In this document: positions 1 to 14,647 of the stretch, one piece after another
Layout: every line of letters starts with the position of its first letter
How positions within the stretch are numbered: position 1 is the stretch's first letter
From: Octopus vulgaris
Lineage: Eukaryota
Length of the DNA stretch: 64,000 nucleotides
Direction: 5' to 3'
NCBI GenBank assembly: GCA_951406725.2
Contig: OX597815.1
Location: 79,980,001 to 80,044,000, forward strand
Made by a program: the position numbers and the translations under genes
The notes under the pieces: generated by a model
The model's input: only the letters and a program-made list of their open reading frames with translations
Database searches by the model: none
What the model was told of the DNA's origin: nothing

Positions 1-4
1 TCTA

Positions 5-23
5 ACTGTCTGTCTATCCATCC

Positions 24-64
<41 letters not shown>

Positions 65-72
65 CCTCCCTA

Positions 73-148
<76 letters not shown>

Positions 149-166
149 GCTATCTAGCTAGCTAGC
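5..166. repeat. Compound tetranucleotide microsatellite (TCTA)n/(TCTG)n/(GCTA)n
   Basis: Tandem units read directly. Confidence 0.95.
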
Positions 167-247
167 TCTCTTTTTCTCTGTTTAGAAGATGTGCAGAAAG
201 TCATGATGCTATTCAATATATCTTTCTCTTTTTAAGAGATTTAACAC

Positions 248-1374
248 ATGATGGTAGTTCCTACAGTAGATTTTGATAAAATTGAAGTACGGGTTGTCAT
301 GAAATTTCTCTTTTTGCAAGACAAAGGATTGGCGGAAGAAAGTCTTGAAGGATGGCTGCTTCCCTTATTCCACAGTGAAAAAAAACTAGGTGTCCAGGTT
401 TTTGACTGGTCATTTGGAGGTCATAGATGAACCTGGTCAGGACGGCCAACTTCCGCGGGCGAAGCGAACGAAGCTGACGCTGTGCACGTCATGGTTTTCA
501 AAGACAGTCGGATTTCAACTAAAGCCATAACTGAGACTCTGGGAATTTCCCACGAAAGAGTTGGTAACATCATCCACAACATTCTGAGCATAGAAAGCTA
601 TCTGCAAAACAGGTACCGAAATATCTGAACGCAGATAAGAAGCGTATCAGAGTGACGATATCAAAGGTGATTTTGAACCGGTTTGCAGCGGCACAGGCTG
701 ATTTTATGACTCGTTTAGTCACCATGGATGAAACTTAGATTCATTATTATGATCCCCAGACCAAGCAGCAATCAGTGGATTGGTGCCACAACGGTTCTCC
801 GCGTCCCAAGAAGTTTCGGATCCAGAAATTAGCCAGAAAGATTCTGGCTTCACTGTTCTGAGACAAAGACGGAGAACTCATAAAATAGTTATCAAAGGGT
901 CACACCATCAGCACAGAATACTACCGCTCCGTTGGACGAACTGCTTGATGCTTTGAAGCAGAAACGCCGTGGAAAGCTGAGCCGTGGTGTCCTGCTTTTG
1001 CAGGGCGAAGCACCAGCAGGCACAGCACATGAAACTCTGCATAAAATACGCGACTCTGGCTTCGAATTGGTAGACTATCCACTTTGCTCTCCTGATTTGC
1101 CCCCCCCCCCTCCTTTGACTATCACCTCTTTCCACAACTGAAGAAACATCTTAAGGGAACAAAATTTCACTCCGATTCAGAAGCGATCACTGTAACAGAG
1201 GCCTGGCTGGAACCCCAAGCTTCCGAATTCTTTTTATAGGGCTTAGCAAAACCGAAGGACCGCTGCAATAAGTGTGTGAGTCTGAGAGGCAAATATGTAG
1301 AATAAAATAATAATTAACTGATCCTCCTGTATTTCCTTTTACCCAAGCCAGGAACTTTTCATTTCTCCCTCGTA
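248..1374 (+). mobile_element. Mariner transposase pseudogene; 3' TIR present, 5' TIR not found
   Basis: Broken frames give KIEVRVVMKFLFL (N-terminus), TMDET*IHYYDPQTKQQS (first catalytic D, ~721), YPLCSPDL (YSPDL-like) and RCNKCVSLRGKYVE* (~1305). Ends in mariner-type terminus ...ggaacttttcatttctccctcgTA at 1374. Confidence 0.9.
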
Positions 1375-1461
1375 TCCCGCACTCTTTTGCAGCACCATTA
1401 AGTTACAGAAACTTAAAGAAAGCAAAACCAGTTCTAAGCGGTAGTCAGGCTCAAACACTAA

Positions 1462-1470
1462 CACACACAG

Positions 1471-1567
<97 letters not shown>
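1462..1567. repeat. (CA)n microsatellite
   Basis: Direct. Confidence 0.95.
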
Positions 1568-1568
<1 letters not shown>

Positions 1569-1572
1569 TTAT

Positions 1573-1740
1573 ATACGATAGGATTCTACAGTTTCCGACT
1601 ACGAAATTCCCTCACAGGGCATTAGTCGGTCGGGGTAACAGTTGACGACACTTGTCCAAGGTGCCGTATAGTGGCACTGAACCCAAAACCATATTACAAC
1701 AAAGGGGGCTTCTTAACCAAACAGAAAAGCCTGCACCTAT
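1573..1740 (-). mobile_element. Degenerate 5' half of tRNA-derived SINE family A, followed by (TACA)n to ~1820
   Basis: gacacttgtccaaggtgccgtatagtggcactgaaccc matches the reverse of the family A head seen in better copies. Confidence 0.7.
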
Positions 1741-2461
1741 ACATACATACATACATACATACATACATACATACATACATACATACATACATACATACAT
1801 ACATACATACATACATACATTGCATTCTTTATTTGCTGTACAATTCTTCAGCTATTCATGTTCTGTTAAATAAAATGAGTTGAAAGCTATTAACCAGTTT
1901 AATGTTCAATCAATCATATGTTCCAACGTCTCATCCAGTGTATTAGTTTTCAATTGCAATGTAATATGGAAGGATTAGCTGAGCATTTGGTTGATCAGAA
2001 ACCAGCAGCAGAGTGAGAAAAAGGCAATTGTTATGTGTTAGAGTATTAGTTTCGGTCGAATGATCATTACATAAAATGAACTTCACTAGCTTACTTTGTC
2101 TTGCGCAAGCGTGTTTGTTATCGATTGTTAGAGTATGTTGTTCAATGTTAATGTTGAAAGAACATAAGAGAATGGTTCTCGCAAGAGAATAAGACTCTCT
2201 GTTCGCTAGTGAGAAAATCATGTTTAGAAAGCCACCTATATTATTCCAACTTAAAAATACACTATATTTATTTACTTATTTATTTATATTTTTGTTTAGA
2301 TCTTTCTGTGTTATTCTATTGCGATGGCATTGAATAGAGTGTAGTTTAAATGATTTGAAATGTAGAAATTGAATAATATGTATGGGCGTGTTGAAACTGG
2401 CCTCTAAATCAAAATAAACAAGCTGTATACATGTATGCATATGCATACATATTTATATATA

Positions 2462-2529
<68 letters not shown>

Positions 2530-2600
2530 AATATATATATGCATATCAAACTAACCAACATATCAAACACGATGTACGTACATAAATATGCATGTATACA

Positions 2601-2631
<31 letters not shown>

Positions 2632-3409
2632 GCGCGCGTGCACACACACGCGCACACACACGCGCACACACATTTGTCTGTATGTCTGTCTATGCATAAA
2701 AAGCACGCTATAAATGATGCTTTGTAGACTGTTTTGATCGGCTGAGTCTCTTCAACCATTTGAACCTTTAGCTACAAGCAAAGTTACAGTTTGCGCTATT
2801 TGATTGCAAAGAGAACTGATTGAAAATATATTTAACTCGAAGGAAATACCTACTGACTTGGCATCAGAACTATTATACCAAACTTGGCTTCATAATAGAA
2901 AGTTCAATGTATTGTTTTCTTTTCCAGTCTTCAGCCGTTCTACATGTTACATTCTTCACATCCAAGTGAAACCCAAAACCTGTGATCACCATGGCTGGTA
3001 TCGTTTTGCTATGTAGCTTCAGATATGCCTTGATCTAATAGCTCTCATATGATTATATTAGTTCCAGCCATTACTATGGTTCTAAGGACGGATGGAACAC
3101 TCTATAGCTCATGTTGGAGAGAAACTGAGAGACAACTTCCGCAGACATGTGTATCTATGTGTATGCTTGTGTGTAAATGTATGAGAGTATGTGTGAGTGT
3201 ACGATTAATCTACTAAGAAATTGAACTTTCTAATTGTACGTAATTTCAGTTAACTTGCGTTGACAATGGTCTTCCAAACAGCATGTATACATCAAGTAAA
3301 CTAAATGTTGTTTTTTCTTGAAAACGGAATAGCTTTCGATTTTCCCCCCTTTTTTTTCGATCATGTATTAGTGCTTATTTAGGTTTACTGTTTAATGATG
3401 TTTTAGTTT

Positions 3410-3645
3410 CGAATGTTGACACAAGGTCAGCAAGTTTGATGTGTGTGTGTGTGTGGAGGGGGTAGATGGGAGAAGGGTAAGTCGATTACTTCGACCCTAG
3501 TACTCAACTGGCACTTATTTTATCGACCCCGAAAGGATGAAAGGCAAAGTCGCCCTTGATAGAATTTCGACTCAAAACGCATAGACGAGATGCCGATAAG
3601 CATTTTACCCGAATTGCAAACGATTCCTGCCATTTCGTCGCCTCA
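3410..3645 (-). mobile_element. SINE family B, diverged
   Basis: ttatcgaccccgaaaggatgaaaggcaaagtcg shared with 39289-39520. Confidence 0.8.
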
Positions 3646-4497
3646 TAATGATGTTTATACTGAAATTCAATGCAGAGACATTCTTGAAATAATTCATACA
3701 CTTATAAAACATTATTCTAGTGTTTTTAAATTTTCTTTTAACAAAAACAATATATTCACTGATTGAAATGGTACCAGATATCTATCGTTTGCTAGACCGC
3801 TGCATTACAGATTGTACTAAAATCACAGTTAATCATTCGTGATATATTCTGAGTGTGGCGTTCAATCATACTCAAAAACAACTCAGAAGTGATTAATGTA
3901 TGGCTATTTTATAGCCATTTATAAAGCCGAAGTTTGCGCTATGTTAATATCCATCGAATTATCTGTGAAACCAGAGACATATTGTACAAATATAAAATTT
4001 ATTTACCAGTTGACAGGTATAACTAATTTCAGATTTATTCATGACTTTTTCAATTCCAATTTAATAGTGTCAGAGACAATTCGTTGAGGTTAATTATCTA
4101 ATGATATACGAAATTTTTTCCCGGACTTATAGAAATAATCAAAATTGTGGTAATTTTTCGTTTCTTACTATATATTAATTTCTCATTCAATTTTTCATAC
4201 TCACTATATTAATTATGTTAACAATAGCTGAACAAATAGTGACATATATGTTCATTTAGTACACACATACACGCATATATCCCAAACACGCGCACTAACG
4301 CATACACGTATACATACACGTAAGCACAATATAATTAACTGTAATTGCTTACGATTAAGCAAAAAAGTACAGAATACAGATTGGTATACTCATGTGCGTG
4401 GATTCACATATATAGCATGTGCATATACATACAAACATACATACATACATACATACATACATACATGCATGCATACATACATACATACATACATACA

Positions 4498-4531
<34 letters not shown>

Positions 4532-4538
4532 CATATAC

Positions 4539-4604
<66 letters not shown>

Positions 4605-4946
4605 GCATTGGCTCAGTGGTTAGAGCGTCGAGCTTACGATCGTGAGGTTGTGAGCTCGAATCCCGGACCGGGCTGCGTGTTGTGTTCTTGAGCAAGACAC
4701 TTTATTTCACGTTGCTCCAGTTCACTCAGCTGTAGAAATGAGTTGCGACGTCACAGGTGCCAAGCTGTATCGACCTTTGTCTTTCCCTTGGATAACACTG
4801 GTGGCGTGGAGAGGGGAGGCCGGTATGCATGGGCGACTACTGGTCTTCCATAAAAAACAACCTTGCCCAGACTTGTGCCTCAGAGGGTAACTCTCTAGGT
4901 GCAAACCCATGGTCACTCATGACCGAAGGGGGTCTTTACCCTTTTA
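4605..4946 (+). mobile_element. tRNA-derived SINE (third family) inserted in (TA)n
   Basis: A-box tggctcagtggttagag, B-box-like agctcgaatcc, body gtgttcttgagcaagacactttatttcacgttgctccagttcactcagctg, flanked by TA repeats. Confidence 0.85.
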
Positions 4947-5289
4947 TATATATATATATGTATAAAGAAAGAGAAAAAGGGGGGAAGAGATAAATTTCAG
5001 GTGAAGTCGTGTCAATGTCGTAATATAATAGGTATATAAGTGCTTAGATTTACCACCTAAAACTCCGACTTAAACTGCGAAAGTGGTTTATCACTGAGCA
5101 GGCACATGTACAGTAGAATTAAAAAGTAAACAAGCAAACAATTGGTATTAGTTTAGAGCATGGAATTTATATATTTGAACATAATTGTAAATTTGTTTCA
5201 ATAGAGTTGTTAAAACACAGAATATCATATAAAAGTAAGAAGATTTGCATTAGGTCTCTTACAGCTGTTTCCAGAATAGATGCGCCTTT

Positions 5290-6460
5290 CTCAATAGACT
5301 TCGCACATCTTCCCCAACATACCTCTTCTCCCCTTCAAACATACGTGACCTCCTGGTCCACAGTTTCTTCCCTAACCCCACCTCCCAACTTGGCTCGTTC
5401 CCCTACTCCTACCCACGCTTCCGTACTTGCCCCTACTTCTCCAACACTACCATCCTCACAGGCACCCATCATCGCCCCTATCATATCACTGACTCCTTTA
5501 CTTGCACTTCTAGCAAAATCTTTTACTGCATCTCCTGCTCTTTCTGCTCTTCTCTGTAAATCCGTCAAACGGGACGCCACTTGACTGACTGGTTTGCGGA
5601 GCTCCTCCGAGATAATGGACTTAGCAATGAACCCCGGTCTCGCGCCATTTCCCTTCTACCGGTCATTTATTACAACACCTGTCTGTGTTCGGATTCTCTT
5701 TGCATAGTGGCCATCCGGACTCCCGCTTTCGCCGTGAACAGAAATTAATCTTCTCTCTTCGCTCCATTGCGCCACATGGGCTCAACTCCCTTCCCTCTTC
5801 GTCTGACTCCCTCCTCTTATCTCTTCATCTGACACCTACTTCCTCTCTTCATTTGACATCTAATTCCTCTCTTCAATCCTACCAACCTTCTCCCTTCATT
5901 GATACATTCTCCATCCACCCCACCCAATCCTTACTTCATCCACATCCTCACCCCACCCACATCATCACCCCACCCATATCCTCACCCCACATCCTCACCG
6001 CAAAAACCACACCTCACCCTCACAGTCCCACACCCCACACCATCATTACACCCCACACCATCATCCACACCCACACCATCATCCACACCCCCACACATTA
6101 AAGACGTGCACACTTACACGCGTCAAAGTCACCAGCCCATATCCACGCGCACACACACACTCTCACACACATATGCACGCGCACCTTTGTTTTGGGATCA
6201 CCAGTACTTTATTATCTTCGTTTCTTCTTAATTCTCCGTCCATTTACCTTCTTCCAACCAGTCACTATGATTGAACGCTAAATCCACAAGTTTTTTTTTA
6301 AAATTCTTGACCTGTTTATTTCCTCGTGTTCCTTTCTGTTGAAGAGCGTAGGCTCGAAACGTAAAATACTCTCACCTTCCCGAATGTCAAACTAATACAT
6401 CTGCTTGTTGTTTATTCACATGTCTTCGTCTTTTGTTCTTCTGTAAATTTCAAATGTCAG
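5290..6460 (+). mobile_element. Penelope-like retroelement 3' part: decayed GIY-YIG endonuclease plus pLTR/3' UTR
   Basis: Frameshifted peptide RTCPYF..TDSFTCTSSKIFYCISCSFCSSL*IRQTGRHLTDWFAELLRD..SRHF..RFRREQKLIFSLRSIAPHGLN fits the PLE GIY-YIG pattern (YIGQT-R-EH; EQ-LI-L-P-GLN). Hammerhead-like motif at 6332-6366; ends at (TA)n. Confidence 0.85.
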
Positions 6461-6601
6461 CTACATATATATATATATATATATAAAAGCAATAAAGATT
6501 CAAGTTAATTTAAATGAATTTACTTGAATATGGTACCTAACTTAGATGCACCAAAAAAAACTATACTGATTTAACAATACAGTAATGTGGGGTGATTATA
6601 A

Positions 6602-6712
6602 GCGAGAATGAAGCAACAAGAATGGATAGGTTTTTAGTACGATCGTTTTAGTACGTCCTTGTATGAAACGATCGTACTAAAAACCTATCCATTCTTGTTG
6701 CTTCATTCTCGC
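6602..6712. repeat. Perfect 47-bp inverted repeat (hairpin) with 17-nt loop
   Basis: 6602-6648 is the reverse complement of 6666-6712. Confidence 0.95.
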
Positions 6713-6756
<44 letters not shown>

Positions 6757-7276
6757 AAAGCTTATCTTCCACCAGGTCAAACTGAATCGATCAGATATAT
6801 AATCAAAGACATTGAAGTCATGACCACGAACTTCCTTTAAGTACAGGTTTAATGTGTCTAGGAATATAATATCTGATGTATCCTTGCTTTTAAAGACATC
6901 TGGGTCTGATATAATGTTGTTGTTTAATGCCAGGCAAGAACTAATCGATAAACTACATTATCAAAAGTGTTCCTGCTGTAGCAATTCTGGTCTTTTTCCT
7001 CAAAAGGATAACATTATCCATATGCAGCTAGTTCGTACAATTTTCCCACATAGTACGACGGGGTACGTACGTGAACCGAGTTCTATTTCTTGCACGTCGA
7101 TACGACCGCATAGAAACTCTCTTGCTGACTCATCGTTGTTTCTGTTCTCAGTTCTTGGGCTTATAAAAAACTTAGGCGACATAATCTCGTCTTGCGTTTA
7201 CTTTTTGTCATTACTAATGCTTGCCTGAAGGCATGGATTCCAACTCGTATCGAACCAACACGAATAGGATAGGCAC

Positions 7277-7307
<31 letters not shown>

Positions 7308-7547
7308 TCCACATATAGTTATGCATCAGTGCAGTTAAAAGGCCTTAGGGGATCTTAATGCTGATATTTAGGTCTGGTTTCAATGCGTCGAGTGGATGTA
7401 AGAAACATATTTCACCCTCTGTTCTTCACCTTTGAACAGCACACCATCATCTTCCTTTACATTCAGCACTGCTATTATTGTTATTGCTGTTGTTATTGTT
7501 GAAATCGATATTATTGCTGGTGTTGTTTATCACCATCATCTTTACCA

Positions 7548-7598
7548 TCTTCTTCTTCTTCTTCTTCTTCTTCTTCTTCTTCTTCTTCTTCTTCTTCT
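7548..7598. repeat. (CTT)n microsatellite
   Basis: Direct. Confidence 0.9.
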
Positions 7599-7750
7599 GC
7601 TAGTGTTGTTGATATCATCATTATCGTCATCGTTGTTATGTTTTAAGCTGTAAAATGCGATACGATTGATGGCGCGTTAAACAGTTTCAGTCGACTTTGA
7701 AATTTTCTGTGTATCTTAATGCTGAAGAGTAAGTATTGCACACGATATAG

Positions 7751-7843
<93 letters not shown>

Positions 7844-8409
7844 TATGCATGTATTCAAGAATGTAAGCTTTGCGTATGTGCAAAATGTACACACACGCAC
7901 GCACACACACACACATACACACACACACACGCACAAACACACTCTCACGTATTTACTTACAGACAAACGAGCACATCCTCCATCATATACATTTGTACAC
8001 AATTCCACACTAAGTTGCATGCGTGCGAGGGCTGCATATGGTTTAAGACAAAGTCTGCAGAATTGAAATTTTAGAATATCGTCCATTCTTCATCTTTTCT
8101 TCAGTGGCTGATACAACATATGGAAGAAACATCAATTGGGTTTCGAAGGTTAGAACGAAACGAAACAAAATAAGATAAAATTATATAGAATTGATAGCCT
8201 AGAAGTTTCTATGCTCTATGGCGTATCGTTTGTGCAATAAGCAATATGGCAGCCTTCATACTTCTTCACTTCTGTTCCCCTTTCCAACATAAGCAAGACG
8301 TGTATGCATTTGTTCATACTCATGCAAACACATGCAACCATATATTATATGTTTATACATACATACATTTATTTCGTATATATCTGTATGTCAATAAATG
8401 TTTGTGTAT

Positions 8410-8496
<87 letters not shown>

Positions 8497-8505
8497 CATA
8501 TATAT

Positions 8506-8566
<61 letters not shown>

Positions 8567-8751
8567 ATCTATATTATTTTTTTCTCATTTTAATATGAAT
8601 AGCAAACCGCATTGCTATTTGATAAACATTTGTGAAGCAATTAATGATACATACATGCACAAATGCATGCATAGATGCAGAGATACATACTTATACATAC
8701 ACACATATATGTGTATATATATATATATATGTATATGTATATATACATATA

Positions 8752-8813
<62 letters not shown>

Positions 8814-8880
8814 CATACATATACATACATATATATATATACATATATATATTCATATATATACACAGACACACATATAC
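8410..8880. repeat. Cluster of long (TA)n/(TACA)n tracts
   Basis: Direct. Confidence 0.9.
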
Positions 8881-9000
8881 GAAAGCCCAAACTTAACGGG
8901 TTTAAGTGATGCGTGAAACATTTGATGCCCTCATGGTTTCCACTGCAGAGGTTTTAGCGCGCGCACACGCACACGGATACACTCACACAAACACCCACAC

Positions 9001-9037
<37 letters not shown>

Positions 9038-9502
9038 TGTACGTATGTATGTATGTACATATGTGTCTATGTATGTATGTACGTATGTTCATACTGCACG
9101 TGTTCCCATTTGCAGATTGATGACGATTTCAAATTCTATATGGAACTGTGTTTGTTTTTCTTTCGGAAGCAACACAAAAATGATAGTGGGAAGCTGTTAT
9201 ATAGCAAAGCTGTCTGTTTGGTATAAAAATGATTCAGATGATACTAAAATGTTCCTGTGCAAAAGCATATGGTTTAATATGCTGGAGCCTCAACGTTCTG
9301 CTCGTACTTAACCTAATTCTGTCTATTTTACAAATAATTGGGTCGCTAGCTAAGATTATTCTTATCCACAAAAAAGTAATTTACTGATTATGAAGGGATA
9401 CCTGCTTTCTTGGTAAGCATTATCTATATTATATATATCCGTATTATTTCCATTTTGTTACTATTTGTTTTCGAACCAATGTAAACGATATCTTTTAAAT
9501 AA

Positions 9503-10141
<639 letters not shown>

Positions 10142-12148
10142 AATAGAGAAAGAAAGAGAGAGAGTAAAAAACTTCGAACAAAAATTGAACGTATATAAAA
10201 TAATGTAGTTTAATATTCTAGATGTTATCTGAGGATGATGTCACATAATTTATTGATTATAGAGAAATAGCTAATGATTTCGTTTTCAAGATTAAATTTG
10301 GGGTGAGCCCTTCTCTCTTCTTTGTCTCTCTGTCTCTTTGTCTGTCTTTCTGTCTGTCTGTCTCTGTCTCTCAGTCTCTCTCTCGAACAGCTTGAACAAA
10401 AGACAAAGTTTGCTCAATACCTTTTGCAAGGTCTCCAAGACTGACAGGTGGAAGTTATTTTCAGAAGGGAAATCTTTCCCGAATGTCTGCAATAGACGTG
10501 ACTGCACTACAAATCACTATTCAGGTCTTCGAGTGAATGCTAACGAAACACTCGGCAGTATTATAGATTTGCTGCTGCTACTTTCAACATCTAGTTTGGA
10601 CTGGATCATTTGCAAATTAAATGTTTTGTTCATCAGTACAAACAGTGTCACTTACAGTATACAAACTTAGTATTCCAATATCATGTCGCATTCAATTTAT
10701 CCATGTTTTCTCTCCTTTGAAGAAATAAATTTATCTCAAATATTATTCAGATTAATCCCGATTTTATCGTTTCTTTATATACTTTTATATAGAGAATCAT
10801 GTAAAAGAAAGGAGCTTACATTCTGAAAACCACTTTCATACATCAAAACGATATAAGAAGTCATATTCATATGTATTTATAAAATAAGACAGTTTTCTTT
10901 TTTAGCAATTTGCTGTGTGAGTGCAAGCGATCGGTTTCAATGTCATTACATCTCCACAGTATTCCATTGACTACCTCACCATCACTACCATACACTCATG
11001 GTACCGAGATGATAAAGAAACGGGGAGCTACTTATCAAAATGCCAAAAAATTTTAGTAGACTGCCGCACAGTAATTACCGCATGCTTTTTTATTGCGTTT
11101 CTCAGAAGTGTGGTTGATAGTGGATTTTAGGAAAGTGGTAGAAAAGCAGATGTGTTAGTGAATATAGCAAAATAAATTCTTTTATTTATTTATTATTTTT
11201 TTTTGTTGAGATTTCTACTGAAATGATTTCGGGGAGATTTGCTTGCTATTTCTAGTAGGTCCGGCGACCATAGAGCTCCTCCTTCGTTGGTTCACTAAGT
11301 CAGTCAGTCATTTAGTGTTGAATTTAGTGGTCGAATCAATCAAATTATGAATCTCAAATACGTAGTACCCTGAAAAAAATAGAATCAATTTTTGGCTCAA
11401 GAACTCGTTCCCTAACGATTTCATAATATAAATCACTCTTAGGACATTCTTGCATTTCCACCCTCTTTACCAATGACGGCAGTAACCTAAATTATATAAA
11501 ATGGCTTTAACCGGAAATCAGAACTGCGTTGCAGTTGGCAAGGTAAAAGAGAAAAAAAAAAATAAAACAAATTACACATCGTTTCTAAACGATAATCGTA
11601 ACCACATTTTGTTTCCGACTGCTGGCTAAGTCTACATATAAAGTTAACCAAGCACAATCTATCTAACATATTTAGTAACTACTTTTTATATAATCTCTAT
11701 CGAACTGTTTAGTCAAATCTGGAAGCTGTTAAGCTTTCTGGTAATCTGAATCGCAGGTAGTTAACCGTGTGGTGTGTGAGTACGCTCGCACGTATGTGTA
11801 TTTGTGTGTGTCTGCGTGTGTGTTTCTGAGCATGTGTCAGTGTGTACGTGTGTTTTTTTATGTGTTTTTCTTTTTTTTTTTCTTTTATTTATTTTTAAGT
11901 TAATTATTTACAGCTATCGTTTCTAAAGCAAAGAACTCAGTGATTTTTATGGACATAATGTGATTAACATAAAATGTTAACTTTATTGATTTATAGATAC
12001 AGGAAATACTGTTATTTCTCTTCGTCGAATAAAAGAAAGAAAAGAAAAAAAGTGAGCAACAACGAAACTGCTAAAACAGCATCAGCGTCATCACTAGCAG
12101 CAACAACAACAACAACAACAGCAATAAAAACAGCGAAATCTACACCCA

Positions 12149-12193
<45 letters not shown>

Positions 12194-12199
12194 GTATAT

Positions 12200-12242
<43 letters not shown>

Positions 12243-12821
12243 CATACACATACATATATATATCCACATCTATATTGCACGTTCACACACACGGTCACAC
12301 ACACACGCAGCATTTGTTTCACATCTGAAACGTTTATTTTTATTTATGTATTGGAAATCTAGCGATGCATGCAGAGACATGCATATGTGATAGCAACAGC
12401 AGAAGAACCGGCGGTAGTATAGTTTTGGCTTGTATGTTAGTTTTTAAATGTCTATATATATATATATTTTTTTGCTCTATTTCACTTTTTGTTTTAAACA
12501 AATACAGACACACACACACATTTGCATGTATACGTGTACTTATGTATGTGTATGTGCATGTACATATTCATACGTATATTTATGTGTGTGTCTCTGTGTG
12601 TGTGTATATACACATAAGCACACAAATATACTCACAGATATATGTACATATGTATGTAAGTATATAAAGAAAATATATATAAATATATGATTTTCAGTGG
12701 TTTGGCCTTTTCTCTCTGCTAGTGCTTCATTCAGCAGATTTCTTATATGTATGTATGTCTTTGTGTGTATGTATATATGTAGAAATAGATTCACACACAC
12801 ACACACACGCACATACACACA

Positions 12822-12899
<78 letters not shown>

Positions 12900-13722
12900 G
12901 TGTATGTGAATGAGTATATGAGTGTATATATGTATATATATATATATATACGAGTGGACAAACTAAAGGAAAACGCACTCAACATATTTAGTAGAACTTA
13001 CATATATTATATAAAACAGTTTGATTCGGCTTCATGCGACTGGAAGTTTCGCAGGCTTCTTGTAGAAGCCTAGCTCATTCAAGCCCCGAATACTGAATTG
13101 AGAAATACAAGAAGTCCAAGTTGGCTACTGGAAAATATAGCCAGCTATCGGTCAAGGCGAATTACATGGAGTTGTAGTGAGATCGACAATCCAGCGACAC
13201 CAAATACAAAAGAGAGGGTCGCGTGGCTGATGCGCCTTGGTGTCTGGCGGGTCTTTGAAGGGACAATGAAGCAAGGCCTGTGAATGAGCGAGTGTGTGTG
13301 TATGAGTGTGTGTATACCAGATATATGAGTGCGTAAATGAGGGTGCATTAGTGTGTGTGTGTATGTGTGTGTGTGTTTTTGTGTGTGAGTGTGTGTGTGT
13401 GTGTACGTGTGAATACGTTTGCTTTAATGCCTGCTGCATACGCTGGCATTCGCGAACGTATTTATGATGCATGTATGTGTACGCATGTGTGTATGCATGT
13501 GTACGCGTAAGTTTGTGCATTCTTGTATTTGTGTATAGAAGTATATATATATATTGTATGTATGTATATTACTGTGAAGGTCTGTGTCAATTTCTATGTG
13601 TGCATATTATTGTGTACTGCTGAATGTGCTTATTAGGCATGTATCTGTCCAGGATTTACTTTGTATGATTGAGTGTGTATCTATACACTATTGTATATAT
13701 GTATATACATATATAAAATATT

Positions 13723-13787
<65 letters not shown>

Positions 13788-14093
13788 CTAGGAGTACATA
13801 GACATATATACATATAGGGATATATATATATATATACCTTGTATGTATTCTTATGAATACATTTATATGTATGTGTATTTATACCTATATTGTGCGTATA
13901 TGTATGTGCGTATTCTAGTTTATATATTACTTGTGGAATAATTTAATCGATCGGGTTTCCGGGATTTCCCCTGCATGGAACTCTGCGCTATACTCCTCCG
14001 TATACGATTACTATGTGGTCCGCACGAAGAGTTTTCTGTGATAGCCACATGATTCTATGAATCCATCCATTACATTACAATGATATGTATATG

Positions 14094-14144
<51 letters not shown>

Positions 14145-14146
<2 letters not shown>

Positions 14147-14525
14147 CAGCGCACACACTAGCACTGACCCCTTCCCAGCACCTACACCATCATCCACACA
14201 CCTAGACATGCACACACGTACACGTCAAGGTCACCAGCCCCTTCCACACGTACATACACGCTCACATACACACTCACGCGCTCCTTCGTTTTGGGATCAC
14301 CACTACTTTATCTCCGCTTCTTCCTAGCTCTGCTGTGTAACCCTTCTATCCGGCATTCGCCATTAGATCGCTACCCACTAAACCATTTTATATTTTCTCT
14401 CCGTTTATTTCTGTGTTCCTTTCTGTCGAAGAACGTAGGCTCGAAAATTAAAAAGACTTTCTCACTTCCCGTTGTCTGTTTGTAGCTTATACACCCGTCT
14501 TCGTTTTTAGTTATTTTGTAAATTC

Positions 14526-14530
<5 letters not shown>
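14145..14530 (+). mobile_element. Penelope-like pLTR/3' end, same family as 6060-6460, flanked by (TA)n
   Basis: Shared cgtcaa.gtcaccagccc, ttttgggatcacca and tttctgt.gaaga.cgtaggctcgaaa. Confidence 0.8.
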
Positions 14531-14623
<93 letters not shown>

Positions 14624-14647
14624 CATATATATATATATATGTGTGTA

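Noticed and set aside
4605-4680. tRNA-like sequence
   Set aside because: Continues into a SINE body and lacks a proper acceptor stem; SINE head, not a tRNA gene
5258-5272. Minus-strand GAAACAGCTGTA half-motifs (also 31046, 37453)
   Set aside because: Only the 3' half of a hammerhead is present; not called as ribozymes
6854-7228. 124-aa ORF in complex sequence
   Set aside because: No recognisable motif, non-ATG start, partly overlaps an old repeat
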